Origin: Microbacteriaceae bacterium
Lineage (GTDB): Bacteria; Actinomycetota; Actinomycetes; Actinomycetales; Microbacteriaceae
Reading direction: 5' to 3'
Assembly (NCBI GenBank): GCA_947453475.1
Contig: CANGGK010000001.1
Coordinates: 17,499 to 81,498, forward strand
DNA: 64,000 nt
Shown here in pieces: positions 28,980 to 38,471 of the stretch; position 1 is the first letter of the stretch, and every line of letters begins with the position of its first letter. The position numbers and the translations under genes are program-made. Below the pieces are notes generated by a model. That model searched no databases. It was given only the letters and a program-made list of their open reading frames with translations, and was not told the origin of the DNA.

Positions 28980-30160
28980 TAGGAGCCGCTCCTTTCAAGT
29001 TCAGCCTCAATCGAAGCCGAAAGACGGCTCTCGATTTCTTCGTTGCCGATTTTCTGGATGATTTCGTTTAGGAAGCCGCGAACCACGAGGCGACGAGCCT
29101 CACGTTCGTTGATTCCGCGAGCCTGTAAGTAGAAGAGCTGTTCGTCGTCGAAGCGACCGCTGGCGCTGGCGTGGCCAGCACCTTCAATCTTTCCGGTTTC
29201 GATTTCTAGGTTTGGCACCGAGTCGGCGCGGGCTCCATCGGTCAAAAGAAGGTTGCGGTTCAACTCGTAGGTGTCGGTGCCCTCGGCCGCCATGCGGATG
29301 AGTACGTCACCTACCCATACGGTGTGAGCCTTGTCGCCCTGGAGCGCACCCTTGTAGGTAACTCGTGACTTACAGTTCGGCACGGCGTGGTCAACGTACA
29401 AGCGGTTTTCGATGTACTGTCCGGCATCGGCGAAGTACATACCCAAAAGCTCAACATCGCCACCGGTAGCGGTGAATTCCGCCGAGGTAGAAACGCGCAG
29501 GGTTTTTCCGCCAAGACTTACCACCATGTGGCGAAGCCTTGAGTTGCGGCCAAGCTTTGCGAACTGTGCAGAGTTGTGAACCGCCGAGGTATCCCAGTCT
29601 TGAATCGAGATAACGGTGATCTCAGCTTCGTCTCCGACGATGATTTCAACGTTCTCGCCGAGCACCGCAGAACCCTTGTGGTCAAGGATGACGGTGCCGC
29701 GTGAGAATGGCTTGGCATCGATGATGATGTGCAGCGCACTCGGAGTTTCGGTCTCTGAATTGATGCCAATTTGTACTTCGCAGTCAGCCGTGGCGTCGCC
29801 TGGAAGAGTGACCAGGTAGGCCTGCTCTGCCGAGCCCCAGGCTGCAGCGCTTGGACGGTCTTCAGGAAGACCGGCTGCGCCGAACGATGGGTGCTCAGAG
29901 CCAACCCAGGCGGTGGTTACGCCCTCAGGGTGCTTGATTGAGATGTCGCCGATGTACTCATCCAAGACGTCAGCGTCTAGACCGGCTAGACGCTCGCTGG
30001 TGATGTAGCGGTACTGCTCTTCGACGCGACTAACCGGGCCAAAGTCGGCAACATCTGCCGAGCGCAGACGTGCACTGCGAATCTGGATTGGCACTCCCGC
30101 GCCATGACTGTGTTCTGCCATTCCGTGCTGTGCCGGAACGGTTGAGTTTGAGGTTGTCAC
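28979..30160 (-). CDS. sufD: Fe-S cluster assembly protein SufD
   Basis: ADSVPNLEI, AGHASASG, LFYLQARGI. Confidence 0.95.
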   Translation of the reverse strand: MTTSNSTVPAQHGMAEHSHGAGVPIQIRSARLRSADVADFGPVSRVEEQYRYITSERLAGLDADVLDEYIGDISIKHPEGVTTAWVGSEHPSFGAAGLPEDRPSAAAWGSAEQAYLVTLPGDATADCEVQIGINSETETPSALHIIIDAKPFSRGTVILDHKGSAVLGENVEIIVGDEAEITVISIQDWDTSAVHNSAQFAKLGRNSRLRHMVVSLGGKTLRVSTSAEFTATGGDVELLGMYFADAGQYIENRLYVDHAVPNCKSRVTYKGALQGDKAHTVWVGDVLIRMAAEGTDTYELNRNLLLTDGARADSVPNLEIETGKIEGAGHASASGRFDDEQLFYLQARGINEREARRLVVRGFLNEIIQKIGNEEIESRLSASIEAELERSGS

Positions 30161-31578
30161 TAGCCGACAGCCCCTTCCATCTGCATTTCGATGAGCTTGT
30201 TGAGCTCAAGAGCGTATTCCATCGGTAGTTCCTTGGCGATTGGCTCGATGAAACCGCGAACGATCATCGCCATCGCTTCGTCTTCTGGCATTCCGCGTGA
30301 CTGTAGGTAGAACAATTGCTCTTCGCTGACGCGTGAAACGGTTGCCTCGTGGCCCATTGAAACATCGTCTTCGCGAACGTCAACGTAAGGGTAGGTGTCT
30401 GAACGTGAAATGGTGTCTACCAAGAGAGCGTCACAGCGAACGGTATTTGCCGAGTGGTGTGCGCCAGGCATGACACGGATTTCGCCGCGGTATGAGGTGC
30501 GGCCACCGCCACGAGCAATCGACTTAGAGACGATCGAAGAGCTGGTGTAAGGAGCAAGGTGAATCATCTTGGCTCCAGCATCCTGGTGCTGACCTTCGCC
30601 GGCAAACGCTACCGATAGGGTCTCGCCACGGGCGTGCTCACCGGCAAGGATGACGGCTGGGTACTTCATGGTTACCTTCGAACCGATGTTGCCGTCGATC
30701 CACTCCATGGTTGCGCCCTCGTGGCAGATTGCACGCTTGGTAACCAGGTTGTAGACGTTATTTGACCAGTTCTGGATGGTCGTGTAACGAACGCGAGCAC
30801 CCTTTTTGATGATGATCTCAACTACTGCAGAGTGCAACGAGTCTGAGTTGTAAATCGGTGCGGTGCAACCCTCGATGTAGTGCACGTATGAATCTTCATC
30901 CGCGATGATCAAGGTGCGCTCAAACTGGCCCATGTTTTCGGTGTTGATGCGGAAGTAAGCCTGAAGTGGAATCTCGACGTGAACGCCCTTAGGGACGTAA
31001 ACGAACGAGCCACCCGACCAAACAGCGGTGTTTAGAGCAGCAAACTTGTTGTCTCCGGCAGGAATGACGGTGCCGAAGTACTCCTGGAAGATCTCAGGGT
31101 GCTCTTTCAATGCCGTGTCGGTGTCTAGGAAGATGACGCCCTGGGCCTCAAGGTCTTCGCGAATCTGGTGGTAAACAACCTCAGATTCGTACTGAGCTGC
31201 AACGCCGGCAACTAGACGGCTGCGCTCTGCCTCTGGGATGCCGAGACGCTCATAGGTGTTCTTGATATCGTCTGGAAGGTCTTCCCAGCTGGTCGCCTGC
31301 TTTTCGGTCGAGCGAACGAAGTACTTGATGTTGTCAAAGTCGATGCCCGAAAGGTCTGAACCCCAGGTTGGCATTGGCTTCTTGAGGAAGTACTCATAGC
31401 CGCGAAGGCGACGTTCCAGCATCCATGCCGGCTCACTCTTCTTGCCAGAGATGTCAGAAACGACCTCTTCGTTGATTCCGCGGCGCGCATTGGTGCCTGC
31501 TGCGTCTGAGTCTGACCAACCAAATTCGTAGACGCCAAGGCTGTCTAGTTCTGGTCGTTCGATGATGATGTCGGACAA
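30160..31578 (-). CDS. sufB: Fe-S cluster assembly protein SufB
   Basis: [33 protein letters not shown]; TTG start after GAGGAGG; no intein. Confidence 0.97.
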   Translation of the reverse strand: MSDIIIERPELDSLGVYEFGWSDSDAAGTNARRGINEEVVSDISGKKSEPAWMLERRLRGYEYFLKKPMPTWGSDLSGIDFDNIKYFVRSTEKQATSWEDLPDDIKNTYERLGIPEAERSRLVAGVAAQYESEVVYHQIREDLEAQGVIFLDTDTALKEHPEIFQEYFGTVIPAGDNKFAALNTAVWSGGSFVYVPKGVHVEIPLQAYFRINTENMGQFERTLIIADEDSYVHYIEGCTAPIYNSDSLHSAVVEIIIKKGARVRYTTIQNWSNNVYNLVTKRAICHEGATMEWIDGNIGSKVTMKYPAVILAGEHARGETLSVAFAGEGQHQDAGAKMIHLAPYTSSSIVSKSIARGGGRTSYRGEIRVMPGAHHSANTVRCDALLVDTISRSDTYPYVDVREDDVSMGHEATVSRVSEEQLFYLQSRGMPEDEAMAMIVRGFIEPIAKELPMEYALELNKLIEMQMEGAVG

Positions 31579-31768
31579 GCCGGCCTCCTCTATATTTTCG
31601 GATTCGAGTGGTTCTCTCGACCCGTGAAGTCATTCGTTTCAACTGGTGCGGTGCGCGGTTCATTCCCATGGCCAGGGGCCTTTTTAGGAGAAGATTTGCT
31701 GTGTCAGACTAGAAGTGTCTTAAACCGGCTTCATTGCCGAAAAACCTTTGAAACTAGGCATAAGTTTA
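31579..31768 (-). promoter_or_regulatory. suf promoter (-10 TAAACT at 31768-31763) and long structured 5' leader
   Basis: Long-range complementarity GUUUCAA/UUGAAAC, several internal hairpins, anti-SD UCUCCU. Confidence 0.5.
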
Positions 31769-31822
31769 CTTCGCACTTGGTTGGAATGTAAGACCCAAAC
31801 ACCACGAAAGGTACAGATTCGC

Positions 31823-32749
31823 TTGATTAGAGGATTGATTACACGAGTTCTAAACGGCCCATTGTTTTCGGCCGCCCGAATTCCCCTCTACGTCTGGGCG
31901 TCGCTGATCAGCCAGGTGCTTATTGTGGTTACCGGCGCCGTTGTGCGCCTAACCGGTTCTGGCCTTGGTTGCCCAACCTGGCCTAAGTGCACCACCGGCT
32001 CGTTGGTCACCACCCCAGAGATGGGCATTCACGGAATCATCGAATTCGCCAACCGACTTTTGACCTTCGTGCTTGCGGTTGTGGCCGTACTCACTTTTGT
32101 GACCGTTTTGCGCCTAGGTAAGTCACTGCGTCAGGGATTGTTCACCCCGGCGCTCATCCTGGGTCTGGGTATTCCTGCTCAGGCGGTTCTCGGTGGCTTC
32201 ACGGTGTTGACCAAGCTAAACCCTTGGTTGGTTGGTGCTCACTTTGTACTCAGCGGTTACATGATTGCAATGGCTTCGGTGCTGGTTTGGCGAGCAATCG
32301 CAACCGAGCACACCCCGGTATCTCCAACCATTTGGTCATTTGCTAACGGTATTGCCGCTAGCGGGGCCGTAGCCGTGGTTGTCGGTGTGCTGGTAACCGG
32401 CGCGGGGCCTCACTCGGGTGACGCCAACAGTATTCGCAATGGTTTAGATCTATCGGTATGGCAGCACTTTCACAGTTACCCGGCTTACCTAATGATCACT
32501 CTCATAATCATGCAGCTCGGCCTATTGATTCGCAGGGATGGCAAGTTCGCCGGTAGCTTCCAGTCGAAGGTGCTTACCGGACTACTCGCGACAGCAACTC
32601 TTCAGGCAATCATCGGTGTGGCTCAGGCGCGTTTAGGAGTGCCACCTTTGCTAGTTGGCATTCACATGCTCGGTGCCGCAAGTCTCTGTTCGCTGCTTAC
32701 CTTTCAGTGGCTAGTCGTCAGAGGTAAGCCTCGAGCGCAGGTGAAGTAA
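31823..32749 (+). CDS. ctaA: Heme A synthase (COX15/CtaA)
   Basis: VRLTGSGLGCPTWPKC, IEFANR, GAGPHSGD; TTG start at 31823 (or 31835) inferred. Confidence 0.93.
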   Translation: MIRGLITRVLNGPLFSAARIPLYVWASLISQVLIVVTGAVVRLTGSGLGCPTWPKCTTGSLVTTPEMGIHGIIEFANRLLTFVLAVVAVLTFVTVLRLGKSLRQGLFTPALILGLGIPAQAVLGGFTVLTKLNPWLVGAHFVLSGYMIAMASVLVWRAIATEHTPVSPTIWSFANGIAASGAVAVVVGVLVTGAGPHSGDANSIRNGLDLSVWQHFHSYPAYLMITLIIMQLGLLIRRDGKFAGSFQSKVLTGLLATATLQAIIGVAQARLGVPPLLVGIHMLGAASLCSLLTFQWLVVRGKPRAQVK

Positions 32750-32751
32750 CC

Positions 32752-34158
32752 ATGTCTCGAGTGTTTTGGTTTCGTAGAGACCTGCGACTAAACGACAACC
32801 CTGCACTGAATGCGGCCATCCGTTGCAGCGTGACCGATGGCGATAGCAAGGTAGCCCCTATCTATGCACTTGATCTCGATTACTTCTATGCGCTAAGTGG
32901 TATTCGCCAGCACTCGCTGGTGGCTTCGCTAGATGCGCTAGGTGCGTCGATGGGTCGAATGCTCGCCATTCGCCACGCATCAGTTGATTTAGGCGTGACA
33001 GTCGCCAACGCAATCGTTTCGGCTGCGCAGAAAGCTAATGCTCAGACCGTGCACGCCACCCGTGCATTCGACCCGGCCGGCGTAGCCGAACAGAACGCTG
33101 TTGGTGTGGCGCTCGCCGAGGTTGGCATCTTCTTGGACCTCACCGGTAGCTACTATGCAGTTGACCCGGGAGCGGTTGGCAAGCCGGATGGCAGCCCTTA
33201 CAAGGTTTACACGCCGTTTTTCAAGCGCTGGTTTGAGCTTGGTTGGTCAAAGCCAGAGGCGCTCGCCGAAGTCGGCCACAAATGGATTATTGCAGAGCCC
33301 TGCCAGGGGCGACCAACTCCGTCGAAAGATTCGCCTTTCGAAATTAAAGCCGGTGAGGCCTATGCGCTGCGCACCTGGGAGCGATTCAAGAAACGCGCTT
33401 TGTTTAGCTACGACGAAATGCGAAACCGCGCCGATGTGAGTGGAACATCACACCTGAGCCATGCCCTTGCCTTTGGTGAAATTCACCCTCGCACCCTGCT
33501 TGCAGAGTTGGCAGACTCCCCCGGACACAATGTCTTTCGCAAGGAAATCGCTTGGCGTGAGTTTTACGCCGACGTGCTGTGGCGCAACCCGCACACCACG
33601 ACCGAGTATTACGAGCCACGTTTTGCAGATATGCGCTACGACACCGGAGCCGAAGCTGAGGCGCGATTCGAGGCCTGGAAGGCTGGCAAAACCGGCTATC
33701 CAATGGTCGATGCCGGCATGCGCCAACTAATGACAACCGGTTGGATGCACAATCGGGTGCGCATGATTGTCGCGTCGTTCTTAGTCAAAGATTTGCACCT
33801 CGAGTGGCAGCGTGGCGCAGCCTGGTTTGAGGAATGCCTCACCGACTTCGACCCAGCTTCGAACGCTCACGGATGGCAGTGGACTGCCGGCTGTGGTACC
33901 GACGCATCGCCCTACTACCGAGTATTTAACCCGATCTTGCAGGGCTACAAATTTGACCCTCGTGGTGACTATGTTCGCAAGTACGTTCCTGAGTTGGCAC
34001 ACATCTGGGATGACGGAATTCACGAACCGTGGAACCGCCTCGATGGGCTAATTCACGGTTATCCGGCTCCGATTGTTGATCATTCGGTTGAGCGTGACGA
34101 TGCACTTGCCAGATTGGCCGAGATCAAGGTTTTGAAGGCGGAGTTTCCCGAAAAATAG
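32752..34158 (+). CDS. phrB: Deoxyribodipyrimidine (CPD) photolyase
   Basis: WFRRDLRLNDN, VYTPF, GKTGYPMVDAGMRQL, GWMHNRVRM, GWQW, FNP..Q..KFD. Confidence 0.93.
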   Translation: MSRVFWFRRDLRLNDNPALNAAIRCSVTDGDSKVAPIYALDLDYFYALSGIRQHSLVASLDALGASMGRMLAIRHASVDLGVTVANAIVSAAQKANAQTVHATRAFDPAGVAEQNAVGVALAEVGIFLDLTGSYYAVDPGAVGKPDGSPYKVYTPFFKRWFELGWSKPEALAEVGHKWIIAEPCQGRPTPSKDSPFEIKAGEAYALRTWERFKKRALFSYDEMRNRADVSGTSHLSHALAFGEIHPRTLLAELADSPGHNVFRKEIAWREFYADVLWRNPHTTTEYYEPRFADMRYDTGAEAEARFEAWKAGKTGYPMVDAGMRQLMTTGWMHNRVRMIVASFLVKDLHLEWQRGAAWFEECLTDFDPASNAHGWQWTAGCGTDASPYYRVFNPILQGYKFDPRGDYVRKYVPELAHIWDDGIHEPWNRLDGLIHGYPAPIVDHSVERDDALARLAEIKVLKAEFPEK

Positions 34159-34170
34159 CGGAGAAACGAG

Positions 34171-35043
34171 TTAGAACGGCAGTAGCGGGTCGATTGCGAT
34201 GACCACGAAAAGCAGGGTCAGATAAGAATTGGCCATGTGGAATAAGCGCATCGGGTTCTTAACCTCTCCGCTGATGCCCTGGCGATAAAGGCGGTAGGCC
34301 TCAACGACAAACCAAGCGCCAGAGACCACGGCAACAACCGTGTAGACCCAACCCATGTGGGCTACCGGAATCAAAAGCAAAGTCGAGGCAACAAGTGCCC
34401 AAGCGTAAAGAATGATTTGAATAGCTACCGTGGTTGCGTTGCGCACGACTGGCAGCATCGGAACACCGGCACTTGCGTAATCTTCTTTATAACGCATGGA
34501 TAGTGGCCAGTAGTGCGGCGGAGTCCACAAGAAAATGATTAGGAAAAGCACCCAAGCTGCCGGGTCAACTCGGCCGGTCACAGCAGCCCAGCCGATTGCA
34601 ACTGGCATTGCACCGGCTGCACCGCCCCAGACGATGTTTTGAGGCGTACGACGCTTGAGAAGCAGAGTGTAAACGAAAACGTAGAAGAGAATCGCGGCCA
34701 GTGACAGCATGGCTGCGAGCCAGTTGGTGAGCAGGCCCAGCCACAAAATCGAGGCCACGCCGATAACCCAAGAGAAAATGAAAGCTTCGCGCTTTGATAG
34801 GTCGCCGGTAACCAGCGGACGCCCCTTGGTTCGACCCATAATCTTGTCGATGTCGGCATCGATGTAACAGTTGAAGGCGTTAGCCGAACCGGCGCTTAGT
34901 GCGCCACCGATAAGCGTGCCGAGAACCAGCCAAAGGTTAGGAATGCCCTGCTGGGCGAGAATCATGGTCGGAACCGTGGTAATCAAAAGCAGCTCAATCA
35001 CGCGAGGTTTCGTGAGAGCGATATAGGCCTTGATTTTGTTCAT
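34171..35043 (-). CDS. ctaB: Heme O synthase (protoheme IX farnesyltransferase)
   Basis: LTKPRV, DADID.IM.RT..RP, WTPPHYW, DYA.AGVPMLP. Confidence 0.96.
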   Translation of the reverse strand: MNKIKAYIALTKPRVIELLLITTVPTMILAQQGIPNLWLVLGTLIGGALSAGSANAFNCYIDADIDKIMGRTKGRPLVTGDLSKREAFIFSWVIGVASILWLGLLTNWLAAMLSLAAILFYVFVYTLLLKRRTPQNIVWGGAAGAMPVAIGWAAVTGRVDPAAWVLFLIIFLWTPPHYWPLSMRYKEDYASAGVPMLPVVRNATTVAIQIILYAWALVASTLLLIPVAHMGWVYTVVAVVSGAWFVVEAYRLYRQGISGEVKNPMRLFHMANSYLTLLFVVIAIDPLLPF

Positions 35044-35235
35044 TTCGTATAAGTCTAAATCAAGCCCGCTCAAGACTATTCCCAAGCGCGTTTAACGGCC
35101 CTGAAACCCCTAGTCGGTATAGACTTTTAGAGGTAGGAACCGCTCAGCTAAATCAGCTGTTCCCCGCATTCAACTGGCGACGGCGCCAAATCTAATAGAC
35201 ATAGCCGCTTGGCTAACTAATTCGAAGGAGCTGTC

Positions 35236-37326
35236 TTGTCAGCATTCCAATGGACCGACCTTGATTCACGAGCAGTTGACACTGCCCGAGTCCTAGCCGC
35301 AGATGCAGTAGAGAAGGTTGGCAACGGCCACCCTGGAACTGCTATCAGCCTCGCACCAGTTGCTTACCTACTCTTCAACAAGGTCATGCGTCACGACCCT
35401 AAAGACGACCGCTGGATTGGCCGCGACCGTTTCATTCTTTCGGTCGGCCACTCATCCTTGACCATCTACAACCAGTTGTTCCTACATGGTTACGGCCTCG
35501 AGCTTGACGACATCAAGGCGCTGCGCACCTGGGGTTCAGCTACCCCGGCTCACCCAGAGTATGGGCACACCAAGGGTGTTGAAATCACTACTGGCCCACT
35601 TGGTCAAGGCCTTGCTTCTGCAACCGGTTTTGCTTATGCAGCGCGCTACGAGCGCGGTCTATACGATGCAGCAGCACCTGCTGGCACTAGCCCGTTCGAC
35701 CACTTCGTCTACGTTATTGCCGGCGATGGCGACATGCAGGAAGGCGTTACCGCCGAAGCCGCATCGCTTGCTGGTCACCAGAAGCTCGGCAACCTTGTCG
35801 TAATCTACGACTCGAACCAGATCTCAATCGAAGACGACACCAACATCGCCTTCACCGAGAGCGTTACCGCTCGCTACGAGTCTTACGGTTGGCACACCCA
35901 GACCGTTGACTGGAAGAAGACCGGCAACTACGTCGAAGATGTCGAAGAGCTCTACAACGCAATCGAGAAGGCCAAGGCAGTCAGCGACAAGCCTTCGCTT
36001 ATTACCTTGCGCACTATCATCGGTTGGCCATCACCAAAGAAGCAGAACTCGGGCAAGATTCACGGTTCTGCACTTGGCGCCGAAGAACTTGCTGGCCTCA
36101 AGACCGTTCTTGGTTTTGACCCAGAGAAGTCCTTCGAAGTTGACCCAGCGGTTCTTGAACACACCCGCGATGCATCTCGATTCAACCGTGAACGCGCTGC
36201 CTGGGAGGCTTCATTCGACGCGTGGGCTTCAGAGAACGCCGACAAGAAGGCTCTTCTCGAGCGCATCGTTGCCGGTGAAACTCCTGCTGGCCTAGAGTCT
36301 GCACTTCCGGTATTCGAAGGCGGCAGCTCAATTTCTACTCGCGTCGCATCTGGCAAGGTAATCAACGCCATCGCAAAGGTTATGCCTGAGCTTTGGGGCG
36401 GTTCGGCCGACCTTGCCGACTCAAACATGACCACCATCGAGGGCGGAAAGTCATTCGTGCCAACCGAGTGGTCAACTCACGAGTGGAGTGCCGACCCTTA
36501 CGGTCGTGTTCTTCACTTCGGTATTCGAGAGCACGCAATGGGTGCGATCTTGAACGGCATAGTTTTGCACGGAAACACCCGCGCATTCGGTGGAACCTTC
36601 TTGATCTTTAGCGACTACATGCGCCCAGCAGTTCGCCTGGCCGCGCTTATGGGCATCCCTTCGATCTTCGTCTGGACCCACGACTCAATCGCTCTAGGCG
36701 AGGATGGCCCGACTCACCAGCCAATCGAGCAGCTAGCCACGCTGCGCGCGATTCCTAATCTAGACATGGTTCGCCCAGCCGACGGTAACGAAACCGCTTA
36801 CGCCTGGAAGACCGTTCTAGAGCGTCGTCAGGGCCCAGCTGGCTTGGCGCTAAGCCGCCAGAACCTTCCGGTTTATGCTCGCGGCGAAGCTGACGAGACC
36901 GGTGCCGTTTACGCCGGTGCCGAGAACACCGCGAAGGGCGCATACACGCTTCTTGAGGCAGCTAACGGCAAGCCTGAGGTCATCTTGATTGCTACCGGTT
37001 CAGAGGTAGAAATCGCTCTCAAGGCTCGCCTCGAGCTAGAGGCAGCCGGTGTTGCAACCCGCGTGGTTTCAGCCCCTTGCCTCGAGTGGTTCGACGAGCA
37101 GCCAGCTGCCTACCGCGAGCAGGTACTTCCGGCTTCGGTCAAGGCGAAGGTTTCGGTTGAAGCCGGTCTAAACCTCGGCTGGAGCAAGTATGTTGGCCCG
37201 TTTGGAAAGAGCGTTTCAATCGAGCACTTTGGTGCCTCGGCTTCACCTGCCATCCTCTACCGCGAGTTCGGTATGACCGCAGAGGCTGTTGTTGCAGCCG
37301 CACGCGAGTCAATCGCAGCCCTATAA
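35236..37326 (+). CDS. tkt: Transketolase
   Basis: GHPG, TTGPLGQG, GDGDMQEG, FGIREH, EDGPTHQP. Confidence 0.98.
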   Translation: MSAFQWTDLDSRAVDTARVLAADAVEKVGNGHPGTAISLAPVAYLLFNKVMRHDPKDDRWIGRDRFILSVGHSSLTIYNQLFLHGYGLELDDIKALRTWGSATPAHPEYGHTKGVEITTGPLGQGLASATGFAYAARYERGLYDAAAPAGTSPFDHFVYVIAGDGDMQEGVTAEAASLAGHQKLGNLVVIYDSNQISIEDDTNIAFTESVTARYESYGWHTQTVDWKKTGNYVEDVEELYNAIEKAKAVSDKPSLITLRTIIGWPSPKKQNSGKIHGSALGAEELAGLKTVLGFDPEKSFEVDPAVLEHTRDASRFNRERAAWEASFDAWASENADKKALLERIVAGETPAGLESALPVFEGGSSISTRVASGKVINAIAKVMPELWGGSADLADSNMTTIEGGKSFVPTEWSTHEWSADPYGRVLHFGIREHAMGAILNGIVLHGNTRAFGGTFLIFSDYMRPAVRLAALMGIPSIFVWTHDSIALGEDGPTHQPIEQLATLRAIPNLDMVRPADGNETAYAWKTVLERRQGPAGLALSRQNLPVYARGEADETGAVYAGAENTAKGAYTLLEAANGKPEVILIATGSEVEIALKARLELEAAGVATRVVSAPCLEWFDEQPAAYREQVLPASVKAKVSVEAGLNLGWSKYVGPFGKSVSIEHFGASASPAILYREFGMTAEAVVAAARESIAAL

Positions 37327-37368
37327 ACCTCATTCGATTTACAAACTTTTAAGAACACGGAGAACACA

Positions 37369-38469
37369 ATGTCAAACAGCCCACTAGCCCAGCTAGCAGC
37401 AAACGGCGTCAGCATCTGGCTAGACGACCTATCTCGTTCACGCATCGTCTCAGGCGGCCTTCGCGACCTAATCACCAACCGTTCGGTTTCGGGTGTAACC
37501 ACCAACCCAACTATCTTCGCTGGCGCTCTTGCCAAGGGTGAGGGTTACCAGGCTCAGGTTGCCGAGTTGGCAGCCGCTGGCGTGACCGCTGAGCAGGCCA
37601 TCTTTGAGATCACCACCAAGGATGTCGCAGACGCGTGTGACATCTTTGCTGGCGTATACGAAACTTCAAACGGTTTCGATGGCCGCGTTTCAATCGAGGT
37701 AGAGCCTGGATTGGCGAATGACGCAGCAGGCACCATCAAGCAGGCGAAGGAACTCTTCGCCAAGGTGAACCGCGAAAACGTCATGATCAAGATTCCGGCA
37801 ACTATTGCCGGTCTTGACGCCATCACCGCGGTAATCGCAGAGGGCATCAGCGTAAACGTCACCTTGATTTTCTCTATCGAGCGTTACCGTGCAGTTATCG
37901 CGGCCTACATCGCTGGTGTTGAGCAGGCCAAGGCTGCCGGTCACGACATCTCAAAGATTCACTCGGTTGCTTCATTCTTCGTTTCTCGCGTTGACACCGA
38001 AGTAGACAACCGCTTGGTTGCTGCCGGTCACCCAGAATTGAAGAGCCAGGCTGCACTTGCAAACGCGCGCCTTGCCTACGAGCTTTTCGAGGCCGAGTTC
38101 TCGACCCCGGCTTGGGCTAACCTAGCCGCTGCTGGAGCAAACGTTCAGCGCCCACTTATGGCATCAACCGGCGTAAAGGACCCAAACCTCCTAGACACCC
38201 TGTATGTCACCGAATTGGTCGCACCTCAGCTGGTAAACACCATGCCTGAGAAGACCATGGAGGCCGTATACGACCACGGAATCGTTCCTGCTGCTTCAAT
38301 CACCAACAACTACGAGTCAGCTCGTGAAGTACTAGCAAACGTTGCGGCTGCGGGAGTTTCGCTAGACGATGCAACCGTTGTGCTTGAAAAAGAGGGTGTT
38401 GAGAAGTTCATCATCTCTTGGAACGAGCTAGTCGAGACCGTAGACACCGCTCTAAAGGCTGCGAAGTAA
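37369..38469 (+). CDS. tal: Transaldolase
   Basis: [31 protein letters not shown]. Confidence 0.97.
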   Translation: MSNSPLAQLAANGVSIWLDDLSRSRIVSGGLRDLITNRSVSGVTTNPTIFAGALAKGEGYQAQVAELAAAGVTAEQAIFEITTKDVADACDIFAGVYETSNGFDGRVSIEVEPGLANDAAGTIKQAKELFAKVNRENVMIKIPATIAGLDAITAVIAEGISVNVTLIFSIERYRAVIAAYIAGVEQAKAAGHDISKIHSVASFFVSRVDTEVDNRLVAAGHPELKSQAALANARLAYELFEAEFSTPAWANLAAAGANVQRPLMASTGVKDPNLLDTLYVTELVAPQLVNTMPEKTMEAVYDHGIVPAASITNNYESAREVLANVAAAGVSLDDATVVLEKEGVEKFIISWNELVETVDTALKAAK

Positions 38470-38471
38470 TA

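Noticed and set aside
31721-31762. Possible uORF MPSFKGFSAMKPV in the suf leader
   Set aside because: Its ATG lies 1 nt after the putative -10, so it would be upstream of the TSS; no SD and no Cys enrichment
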